64,000 nucleotides of DNA from assembly GCA_965215265.1 (NCBI GenBank), contig OZ244048.1:1824001-1888000 (forward strand), in the 5' to 3' direction. This stretch comes from Candidatus Poribacteria bacterium (lineage in GTDB: Bacteria > Poribacteria > WGA-4E > WGA-3G). Positions 29,900 to 38,486 of this stretch are shown one piece after another. Position numbers and translations under genes: made by a program. How positions within the stretch are numbered: the stretch's first letter is position 1; every line of letters begins with the position of its first letter. The notes under the pieces were generated by a model that saw only the letters and a program-made list of their open reading frames with translations, ran no database searches and was not told the origin of the DNA.

Positions 29900-30328
29900 C
29901 CTAAGACGGCTCTGGCGAGATTTGTGCTAGGGTGTTAGCTACATACGGCGTTATTATGCTACTGTAGACGAATAATAGACAAAAAGAAATACTTGACAAT
30001 TCCGTGCAAATTCCTTAAAATTCCTGAAATTATACTAAATTAACCGGAGTAGCGTTGTTTTGAGGCGTGCTCAGGGGCTGATTTTTCGTATATCTCCGTA
30101 CCATCACCGCTTATGCTTTTGATGGTTCGTGTGTAAATCTCGTCGGAGATGACTTAGGGAATGTCTTTAAAAATCAAAACATCAAAAGGCTCCCAGTAGA
30201 TGGCAGGTAAAAGGTATTCTTTTTTTGTCCATGAGAAAAGATAACCTATCCTGCCACTGACGAGATTTGTAAAGTTATTAACCTAGCAGCAGCCTTGTAT
30301 CGGGCTCCTGTAGACGAAAGAACGAAAA
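29900..30328. repeat. Modular repeat clusters; core interrupted by a hairpin element (30193-30257)
   Basis: Arm-D at 29917-29972; arm-C, core, arm-A at 30082-30320. Confidence 0.9.
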
Positions 30329-30378
30329 ATGGACTCATTACCGTCATTTGGTGTGAGTTTTGTTGAAAGGAATCCACT

Positions 30379-31977
30379 ATGAATTGGACGCAAAGAGACT
30401 ACGGTACTGTCGTCGGACCGCATCCTCGGACTGCAAAGGCGGGGATGGAGATGCTGCTTGCCGGTGGAAACGCCGTGGATGCCGCCGTCGCTGCCGGATT
30501 TGCCGAAGGGGTTGTTGAGCCTTCACACAACGGTATCGCCGGGTATGGTGGGTGTATGCTCATCTACCGTAAGAAGACACAAGATGTCGTGGCGTTAGAC
30601 TACAATACAGCAGCCCCCGCGGCGGCTTCAGCAGACATGTTTCCGATTCAAGATGCCGACGTGCCTGCCGGATATCGAGTACCAGGCCGCATAAACGTCC
30701 ACGGACCTCTGTCCATCGGGGTCCCGGGGGTTGTTGCAGGGTTGTGTTTAGCATTGGAAAAGTTTGGAACGATGCCTCTGATGGATGTCATTCGTCCAGC
30801 TATTAATTCAGCACGTTATGGCTACGCGCCTAACAGTGCGAATCGCGGGGGCATGGCAGGAAATGCCGAACGGTGGAAGCGAGAATTCCTTTCCACCGCA
30901 CGCGTTTTTTTGAAAAATGGTAGAGCCCCGAAAAAAGGGGAAACCCTGACTAATCCTGAACTCGCGACAACTTTAGATGCTATTGCAGAAGGCGGAGCCC
31001 CTGCATTCTATGAAGGAGAAATCGCAGAAACGATTGCGAACTATATTCAGGAGATAGGCGGCTGCTTAACCGTCGCGGATCTGAAGGCTTATCGTCCATT
31101 TATTACGGAACCTTATCAAATCGCTTATCGGGGTTATACGGTGTATACTGCTCCGCTTGGGGCAGGTGGACTGACAACCTTACAGATGCTCCGTTTGGTC
31201 GAGCATTTTGATGTGGCACGGATGCCCCTATCGGAACGGTTCCACCTATTCGCCGAAGCGATGAAGGTTTGTTGGCCAGAACGACTTCGGCGATTCGGCG
31301 ATCCAGATTTTGTTGATATAGACATCACCGCGGCACTCTCGGATAGTTTCACTGCCGGGCTTCGCGAAAAGTTGAAGACTGGCCTTGCTTCGCCACAGCG
31401 CGGTGAGGTTGTCTACCATGAACCTATGAATTGCACCAGTCATATCTCTACAGCGGATGCAGAAGGAAATATGGTATCGTTGACGCAGACGCACGGTGGT
31501 GGATTCGGTTCAATGGTGACGGTGCCGGGTACAGGGTTGCTGTTTGGGCATGGTGTTGGCCGGTTTGAACCGCGCCCGGGCTACGCTAACTCAATCGCCG
31601 CCGGTAAACGTCCGCTTCACAATATGGGTCCGTGCCTCGCACTGAAAGATGGAGCACCTTTCGCTACCTATGGCATCCCCGGAGGACGCACGATTCCGAA
31701 TAACCAATTGAATCTTAGCGTTAGCCTAATTGACTTAGGGACAACGATTCAGGAGGCGTTAGCTGCGCCACGTCTGCATACCGATGGGGCAGAACCGATT
31801 CAGGTGGAATCTCGTGCCGGTGAACAGACACTCAATGCACTGCGTGGGCTCGGGCATGAAGTCACGGAAAGCGCGGGTATCGGAGGTCCAGGGCACGGCA
31901 TTGTTGTTTCGGAAGATGGAACATGCCACGCCGGCGGGACAGATCCGCGCGGTGAAGGCCGCGTGATGGCGCGTTAA
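30379..31977 (+). CDS. ggt: Gamma-glutamyltransferase family protein
   Basis: GGNAVDAAVA, VPG, autocatalytic T in CTSH, GKRPL, DPRGEG. Confidence 0.9.
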   Translation: MNWTQRDYGTVVGPHPRTAKAGMEMLLAGGNAVDAAVAAGFAEGVVEPSHNGIAGYGGCMLIYRKKTQDVVALDYNTAAPAAASADMFPIQDADVPAGYRVPGRINVHGPLSIGVPGVVAGLCLALEKFGTMPLMDVIRPAINSARYGYAPNSANRGGMAGNAERWKREFLSTARVFLKNGRAPKKGETLTNPELATTLDAIAEGGAPAFYEGEIAETIANYIQEIGGCLTVADLKAYRPFITEPYQIAYRGYTVYTAPLGAGGLTTLQMLRLVEHFDVARMPLSERFHLFAEAMKVCWPERLRRFGDPDFVDIDITAALSDSFTAGLREKLKTGLASPQRGEVVYHEPMNCTSHISTADAEGNMVSLTQTHGGGFGSMVTVPGTGLLFGHGVGRFEPRPGYANSIAAGKRPLHNMGPCLALKDGAPFATYGIPGGRTIPNNQLNLSVSLIDLGTTIQEALAAPRLHTDGAEPIQVESRAGEQTLNALRGLGHEVTESAGIGGPGHGIVVSEDGTCHAGGTDPRGEGRVMAR

Positions 31978-32041
31978 TTCATGAAGTTATATCAATGGCG
32001 ACTGCTGTAATTTTTCAAACAGAGAGAGCCAAATTACAATC

Positions 32042-32301
32042 TTTTGTATATCTCCGTACCATCAACGTCTAGGTAATCATAGCTCGTGTGTAAATCTCGT
32101 CTGAGCCTACTTAGGCATAGTCTTTTGAAATCAAAGCATCAGAGGGCTCCGACGAGATTTGTAAAGGATTTAACATTGCAGCAGCCTTGTATCGGGCTCC
32201 TGTAGACAAAAGACCTTTATGGGGCTCCTGTAGACGAAAGAACGAGATTTGTACTAGGGTGTTAGCTACATACGGCGTTATTGTGCTACTGTAGACGAAT
32301 A
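32042..32301. repeat. Modular repeat: arm-C, core, arm-A, partial A, arm-D (last copy seen in window)
   Basis: Same arm order as 9031-9331 in inverted orientation. Confidence 0.92.
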
Positions 32302-32317
32302 GAGGAAATTCACGACT

Positions 32318-32638
32318 ATGTCACAATTTGTAAAAGCTGCTACTACGGAGCAGGTCCAGCCCGGTAAATGTATCGGCGTGAAGGTAGAAGGCGTTTTTAT
32401 CGGTATTTATAATGTTAAAGGTGAGTATTATGCCATGAACAATATCTGTCCACACCTCGGTGGGGTTTTGAGTTATGGCTTCCTTGATGACAAATGTGTC
32501 ACGTGCCCCTTGCACATGTGGGAATTTGATGTAACGACTGGCGAATGCGTTTGGCCGGGCGAGGAACGCCTGCCGACGTATCCAGTTAAAGTTGAGGGTG
32601 AGGATATCCTCGTGAATGTGGATGCTCCGCAAAAGTAG
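32318..32638 (+). CDS. Rieske [2Fe-2S] ferredoxin
   Basis: CPH...CPLH. Confidence 0.95.
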   Translation: MSQFVKAATTEQVQPGKCIGVKVEGVFIGIYNVKGEYYAMNNICPHLGGVLSYGFLDDKCVTCPLHMWEFDVTTGECVWPGEERLPTYPVKVEGEDILVNVDAPQK

Positions 32639-32673
32639 GGCAGCGTTTGCATCCAATGAAAGGAGAAGAACTA

Positions 32674-33624
32674 ATGGCATATCTACTCACCGGTGGCATG
32701 GGCTGCATCGGGAGTTACGTAATTCGCGATTTGCTTGCCGCCGGTGAAAAAGTGGTGGTTTACGACTCTGCTTATGACTTAACCATTCCCAACATGGTCC
32801 TAACGCCTGACGAATTGGCTGGATTTACCTTTGTCCAGGGGGATATCACAGACCTGCCAAGCGTATTGCGCACCATCAAGGTACACGGGATTGAACACAT
32901 TATCCATCTCGCGTCTTGGCAGGTACCGGCGTGCAACGCGAATCCACCGCAGGCTTTAAAGGTAGTCTGTGAAGGCACCATCAACATGTTAGAAGCCGCC
33001 CGAATTTTCAATATCAGACGCATCGTGTGGGCGAGCAGCGTCGCTGTGTTCGGTGCACCAGAGGATTATAACCACCAACAGATTCTCAACGACGCACCGC
33101 ACTATCCCAAGTTTATTTACGGGGCATGTAAATCGTTGAACGAAAGGTACGCGTCTCACTATTTTGATACGTACGGAGTAGATTCAATTGGACTTCGGTT
33201 TACTGCTGTCTATGGTGTCGGCAGGACACGGGGGATGAGTTCGTTCACGACACAGTTGATTGAGGCAGTCGCACTCGGACAACCACACGTGTGTCCGTTC
33301 GGGGACGATGCAGTTGATTGGCAGTACGTGGAAGATGTATCCCGTTCAATAGTGCTTGCGTGCACGTGTCCAACCACCCGGACGCGCGTTTTCAATGTGA
33401 AGGGCGGCATTCGTCCGGTTAAAGACGGTGTCGCGTATCTCAAAACGTTGGTGCCGGATGCACAGATTACGTTGAAGCCAGGGGTGTTCGGGATTTCGTG
33501 GGATTATGATGCCACGCAGATTGCGGAGGAGATGAACTTTACGCCTATGTATACGATGGAGCAGGGGATTCTGAAAACCTTGAATCTGTTTCGGGAACGT
33601 GCGGGGTTAGGGCAGTTGAAATAA
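32674..33624 (+). CDS. NAD-dependent epimerase/dehydratase
   Basis: TGGMGCIG, ASS, YGACK. Confidence 0.92.
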   Translation: MAYLLTGGMGCIGSYVIRDLLAAGEKVVVYDSAYDLTIPNMVLTPDELAGFTFVQGDITDLPSVLRTIKVHGIEHIIHLASWQVPACNANPPQALKVVCEGTINMLEAARIFNIRRIVWASSVAVFGAPEDYNHQQILNDAPHYPKFIYGACKSLNERYASHYFDTYGVDSIGLRFTAVYGVGRTRGMSSFTTQLIEAVALGQPHVCPFGDDAVDWQYVEDVSRSIVLACTCPTTRTRVFNVKGGIRPVKDGVAYLKTLVPDAQITLKPGVFGISWDYDATQIAEEMNFTPMYTMEQGILKTLNLFRERAGLGQLK

Positions 33625-33713
33625 AAAAAGTTGAGAGTACCGCCCCGTTATAAAATTCACAGATATTTCATCTTTCCGCACTATCAAAAAAGATAACCTC
33701 TAAAATCAGTAGA

Positions 33714-33879
33714 ATGCCCATTGCCGTGCAGTCGCCATTTGGTAAAAACTAAATAGCACTGTTCAGCTTAGGAACGGAAAGAAAAGTGATGAGACTGTTC
33801 GCTCTCAAGCTAGGAGAGTTTTGTCTCAATAATGATATTGTAGGGCCAAGCGAGCTGAAAACCTTTTCCAACTGGGCAT
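33714..33879 (+). ncRNA. Possible structured RNA (unassigned)
   Basis: Closing stem atgccca/tgggcat with nested stems ttcagct/agctgaa, tgagac/gtctca, gctctc/gagagt, atttggt/actaaat. Confidence 0.4.
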
Positions 33880-34173
33880 CGTCACAATCTATCGTTTAAA
33901 TCATCGCACTCTGAGAAAAAATCAAGAAAAAAGCAAATTTATTTTTTTTCTTCAGAGGCATGCCGAGGAATCTCAGGAATTCGGCAAGACTCTACGCTAT
34001 TTTTCGCACCGATTCTCCGCATTGCTGCAGCAAGTGGTGAGCTTAGCCCGGGGATACGATTCGATTTGTGTTATCGGCACCTCTATCGCGAAGGTTTCGG
34101 CACCGGTCCATGACACGGCATTGCAATGAGAGACGCTGCCTTGGGTTAGCTCCTTGTGGAACAGCACGGGGAT

Positions 34174-35571
34174 TCAGATATCCGTTCGGAAGAACTTTAG
34201 GAACGCCAGGGTTGTAAACACGAGGGCGAAAAAACAGAGCAGCAGTAAATCTATCATGGAGAGATAGAGGGTTTCCGAGAACGATGCCGCTTTCAGGTCC
34301 GGTGGCAGAGCTATTTCCTTTGGTTTGCTCCTCATCATCATCGCAAAATCATCGTCTAAAATGCTCTGGAAATACGTTTCACTCAACTGATTATAGTAAC
34401 GCGTTGCGGTTTGAAAGTAAGTCTCCCGGGTCAACTTACCGGTTTGTGCGAGGTTCATCGTGGCATAAATCAAGCAAGATGTCGGGGTGATGCGGGAAAG
34501 GGTTTCTCCGAGCTGTTCTTGTCTGGCTTTTTCACGCTGATAGTCCCTATCAATGTCGCCGGCCCGTTCTTGGAATCGCTGCCAATACTCGGCATCAATT
34601 GGGGCCCTGAGTTCGCGGATTTTTGCCATCACCTCATCAGTGAAGCTGATCACGTTGCCGAAAGCTTCCTGCATTGTTCTCCCGAGTTGCCGTTTCTTAT
34701 CTTCATCGAGATTATTACGAATCACGGCTTTTTCCATATAGACGTTCTGTGCGGAACGCGTCGGCACGACGAGTTTGGCAGCCAGAAACCCCACCCGCGG
34801 CGCAATCAGCACCGCAAACACCCATACGGTAAAGGCAACGATGAGGGCCGTCTTGGCACTCTCTAAATAAGTGGAAATCACCAATCCCAATGTAAAAAAG
34901 ACGGCGATATAGAGCAGCGCTACCAGCGACACGCTAAGCACGCGGGGGAAAATGGCGGGCTCGCCGAGAGGAAATCCTTGCCAGACCAGCAAGAATAAGC
35001 CCACGAGAAATGAGAACAAGAACGGAACGACGAACACCAAGTATCCCCCAATCAACTTACTCCAGAGGAAAACGTCGCGAGGAATCGCGTTTGCCAAGGT
35101 GATCCGGAGGGTGCCTGCTTCCTTTTCGCCTGCAACGGCATCAAAGGTAAACAGCAGCGCTAGCAAACTGAAAACCGTGCTAATCAGGAACACAAAATCC
35201 AGCTGCCCTAAAGCCGAAGAGAGCGGGACATCGGAGAGCACTGCTGCCCCGTATTTTATGCCATTGCGTGCCATTCCGAGATAACTCGGAAGCGATTCTG
35301 CTAACCCCTTGGAGAACACGCTCAAAGGTGCCGGTTTGAGGGGCAGTTTAGAAACTTCAACGTCGGGTCCCGGGGCCTCTGGCGGGTCCTTCGAGGCAAA
35401 CGTGCGTGTCAGCTTGAGGGTTTCTTGATAATTCTCGCGGGTTTGGAGATAATCGTGATAACCAATAGAAAGGGTGAGTGGGACGAGCAAGAGGCACATC
35501 AATAAGAGTGCGACAAATCGGGCACTCAGAATATGATGCATCACCTCTTTTTGAATCAACGTTAGCAACAT
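34174..35571 (-). CDS. ABC-2 type permease with large extracytoplasmic domains
   Basis: 'FDAVAGEKEAGTLRITLAN', multiple TM segments. Confidence 0.88.
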   Translation of the reverse strand: MLLTLIQKEVMHHILSARFVALLLMCLLLVPLTLSIGYHDYLQTRENYQETLKLTRTFASKDPPEAPGPDVEVSKLPLKPAPLSVFSKGLAESLPSYLGMARNGIKYGAAVLSDVPLSSALGQLDFVFLISTVFSLLALLFTFDAVAGEKEAGTLRITLANAIPRDVFLWSKLIGGYLVFVVPFLFSFLVGLFLLVWQGFPLGEPAIFPRVLSVSLVALLYIAVFFTLGLVISTYLESAKTALIVAFTVWVFAVLIAPRVGFLAAKLVVPTRSAQNVYMEKAVIRNNLDEDKKRQLGRTMQEAFGNVISFTDEVMAKIRELRAPIDAEYWQRFQERAGDIDRDYQREKARQEQLGETLSRITPTSCLIYATMNLAQTGKLTRETYFQTATRYYNQLSETYFQSILDDDFAMMMRSKPKEIALPPDLKAASFSETLYLSMIDLLLLCFFALVFTTLAFLKFFRTDI

Positions 35572-35725
35572 GTCGCTTTCTCCTAGTGAAGTTATCCTTT
35601 AGAAAGGGATTCGTATTTCGCCACCTTAGACGTATCGAATTTGAGTACTTTTGAAAAAAGTACACAATAAGTCGTTTTGGGATGGTGAAAAAAATGTGAA
35701 AAAGTGCTTTGACCTTTGATAAATA

Positions 35726-36187
35726 ACGGCATCAGCGCCTAATCCTAAACCGGGGACGACTGCCATCTCACCAATGACAACCGAATCCAATTGACGTTCA
35801 CCAATCAATACCGCTCGGACTGAAGCGAGGGTGGACAAACAGCGAAGGTAAAACCATGAAAATCGCCCGCTGGAAACACACTGCTTGAAACATCGCGTGC
35901 GGAGGTAGACGTGAAGGCAGGCGACGAAAAATGCCGACATAACCTTTGTAAAATCATACTTAACATGTGTGAATGGGAAGGGGGGGGGGGATTAGGCTTA
36001 AAGAATAACCACCGGCGCACGAGTTCGAGAAGCGTGGCACCTCAGCTTCCGTGTGAATTCCACGGAGATATCTGCCTGTTTTAACGGCGACGTTAACAAT
36101 TCTTCGGCTATTCATCGGTTCTTGTTCCTATTCGCAAGATTTTTCAAAGCCTACGCACGGAAAATAGCACAACTCTACAAAATATCA
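35726..36187 (-). ncRNA. Candidate structured RNA or long 5' leader between the direct repeats
   Basis: Near-consensus promoter at 36193-36221. Many stems with G-U pairs on the - strand. 9-bp long-range pair 35737-35745/35989-35997. Confidence 0.45.
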
Positions 36188-36192
36188 GGTAT

Positions 36193-36221
36193 AGTTTAAC
36201 ACATTTTGCTGAAAATGTCAA
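36193..36221 (-). promoter_or_regulatory. Strong sigma70-type promoter
   Basis: TTGACA-17 bp-TAAACT with extended TG. Confidence 0.75.
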
Positions 36222-36477
36222 ATTAAATTAATTAATTTTCGCAATAAGTCGTTTTGGGATGGTGAAAAAAATGTGAAAAAGTGCTTTAACCCTTGATAAA
36301 TAGAGGGTTTCTCGCTTGTTTAAAAGTGTGAAATCTGCTATAATATCGGGAGTTAAAAAGGGAAGCTGGGGACCCCCCTTTTAGTAAAAAGCGGCGTTGC
36401 TTTTCACAGCCGACTGTTATTGTAGCAAAAATCGCAAAAATAAAGCAATTCCTTTTGAAAAACAAAGGCGTTTTTTG

Positions 36478-36639
36478 ATGAATCTCATAGAATTCATGGA
36501 GCGGTTTCCTGACCAAGAGAGTCGTCCTGACCACTTGGAACGCCTCAGATTGCGAGGAACGCCTGCCTGTCTAAAGTGTGGTAGTGTAAGTATCAAATGC
36601 AAAAAAGAGGAGGGTGTAGGGCGTGAAAGTATAACATAA
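36478..36639 (+). pseudogene. IS1595-family transposase N-terminal zinc-ribbon remnant
   Basis: MNLIEFMERFPDQES...LERLR..TPACLKCGS followed by a premature end. Confidence 0.75.
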
Positions 36640-36767
36640 GTCCAAAAAATGTCATGAAAAAAAATCAGTCTGTTGTCTCAAAATCTTTGTTAAACAGACG
36701 GGCAGTGGCCCAACTAAATCAACGATGCCAGTGCCACACGGTACCCGGCGATGGGCAGGTTATCCGC

Positions 36768-37340
36768 CTATATAATACTGCGCGCGAAAATCAATCCGCT
36801 TACGACGACGATTGCCGTTAGCGTGCGTTTTTCGCTCTTCAAGGCACGCCCCCAAGAAAAATCGTGAGCAGAGGGTTGTGTATAAGGATGCAAACGGGGC
36901 AGAAAGCGCGGCACTTTTGTTCGATAGGTTTGATAGGCAGAACCGCATGACGCTAATAGATACCTCTCTTCAACAGCGATGATCGGGACGTATTGCAAGC
37001 CGTAGCCCAAGATGAGAAGCGGGACGAGCCAATAGACATTCGCAAAGAGGCAGACACCGAAACTCAGAAGAAAATTCCCGAGATAGAGCGGGTTTCGGAC
37101 GTAGCTGTAAGGGCCACTAGTAACGAGGTCGCGTGCGGCACCGAGGGTTCGTGCGCGGGTGGTGGCTCCAGCATAGCCGACTGCCCATATCCGTAAAAAT
37201 TCACCGAGAGCCATAAAGGGGATGCCGATCGCAATTGTGTACAATCTTGGCTGCGCGAAATAGAGGAGCGCAAGGATGAATGGAATTGGTGTAAAACTCC
37301 GAATTTTGAAAAAGAAGTTGCCGATTGTTTGTGGAGCCAT
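36768..37340 (-). CDS. Isoprenylcysteine carboxyl methyltransferase/PEMT family membrane methyltransferase
   Basis: LVTSGPYSYVRNPLYLG, EERYL, VPRFLP. Confidence 0.9.
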   Translation of the reverse strand: MAPQTIGNFFFKIRSFTPIPFILALLYFAQPRLYTIAIGIPFMALGEFLRIWAVGYAGATTRARTLGAARDLVTSGPYSYVRNPLYLGNFLLSFGVCLFANVYWLVPLLILGYGLQYVPIIAVEERYLLASCGSAYQTYRTKVPRFLPRLHPYTQPSAHDFSWGRALKSEKRTLTAIVVVSGLIFARSII

Positions 37341-37352
37341 GCTTGGTTTTAT

Positions 37353-38414
37353 TTACTTCGGTGTTCGCCAAATCATGATGCTTCCAACACTCGCATAGAT
37401 GATATTCGCACCCCAGCATGCGACAAAAGGGTGAAGTTTGCCATTCTCACTAAGTCCTTCAAGTGTAGCGAAGGAGAGAGCCCAATAGATGAAGGCGAGG
37501 AAGAAAGCGATAACGAGTCCAGCGAAGAACCCGGCCCTACCGAAACGGATGGCGATGGGTGCGCCGAGCATCACGACGACAACAGCAGCGAACGGATACG
37601 CGGTTTTGTGGTACAACTTCACCTGTTCTAGGCGCGAGATCTGGCCCGCTTCCTGTTTGTATTCAATTTGTTGGCGGAGTTCTTTGATAGTCATTGCTCT
37701 CGGGTCTTTTGCACTGCCGATAAACTGGGCCGGGTCTTCGTGACGTTCAATCTGTCGTGTCGCAAAGGTTCCGTAAGCCACTTCTTTACCGTGTTCAAAG
37801 GTGCGGGTATATCCGTCAACCAATTTCCACTGCGTAGGTGTCCAAGTAGCAGAATTTGCAAAGATGACCCCGGCGAGCTGCCCTTGTTCGTCATATTCGT
37901 AAATAGTCAGTTGATTAATGCTTCGGTTTTCAAGGTCTATTCGCTGTGAGAAAAAGGTTCGGTTCTGCTTGCCTTTGAAAAGGATGTTTCTGCCGCGTCG
38001 GGGTTTGACGTTATTTTGCAATAGGTTTGCCTTATGGAAAGCCGGGGAGGCGACTCTGTTGTAAAAAATGGCGAAGATACAACAGATAAGGAGGGTGAAT
38101 GCAATAACAGGCACGAGGAGCCTGTAAACACTCACCCCGCCGGCTTTCATAGCCGTCAATTCGTTGCTTTGTACCATTCTGCCGAGGACAAAAAAGATTG
38201 CAATGAATCCTGACACGGGGACTACCTCCATAATCCGCCGTGGGGCTTGATAGAGAACGATTTTGACAGCGGTGATGTAGGTGATATCATCTTCAAATTT
38301 CTTGATGTCTTTGTCCAACAAGCGAACGATGACAACGAGTGCACTAAGGAAGAAGAGGGCTACAATGAAGGCTTTGATGTATTCTCGAAGCAGGTATCTG
38401 TCTAAAATATTCAA
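37353..38414 (-). CDS. lptG: LPS export ABC permease LptG family
   Basis: ILDRYLL, NELTAMKAGGVS; paired with lptF. Confidence 0.85.
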   Translation of the reverse strand: MNILDRYLLREYIKAFIVALFFLSALVVIVRLLDKDIKKFEDDITYITAVKIVLYQAPRRIMEVVPVSGFIAIFFVLGRMVQSNELTAMKAGGVSVYRLLVPVIAFTLLICCIFAIFYNRVASPAFHKANLLQNNVKPRRGRNILFKGKQNRTFFSQRIDLENRSINQLTIYEYDEQGQLAGVIFANSATWTPTQWKLVDGYTRTFEHGKEVAYGTFATRQIERHEDPAQFIGSAKDPRAMTIKELRQQIEYKQEAGQISRLEQVKLYHKTAYPFAAVVVVMLGAPIAIRFGRAGFFAGLVIAFFLAFIYWALSFATLEGLSENGKLHPFVACWGANIIYASVGSIMIWRTPK

Positions 38415-38486
38415 GAGCTGCGTCCTACAAAAAGTGTTGTTTCGGTTTCGCGTGCGCCTTTATTTCATTGAATCGCTGTGGTGAGC

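Larger units (their letters stand above)
35665..36302. repeat. 61-bp direct repeat pair (35665-35725 and 36242-36302)
   Basis: caataagtcgttttgggatggtgaaaaaaatgtgaaaaagtgcttt... with 2 mismatches. Confidence 0.95.

Noticed and set aside
2267-32301. Integron attC sites
   Set aside because: No RYYYAAC...GTTRRRY ends and no integrase, and the flanked genes are operonic housekeeping genes.
33625-34173. Replication terminus/dif site at the strand-convergence point
   Set aside because: No convincing XerC/XerD dif consensus found, and skew cannot be computed here.
35626-35940. 104-aa minus-strand ORF in the direct-repeat cassette
   Set aside because: No clear RBS, atypical composition, and it runs through the repeat. 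RNA structure explains the region better.
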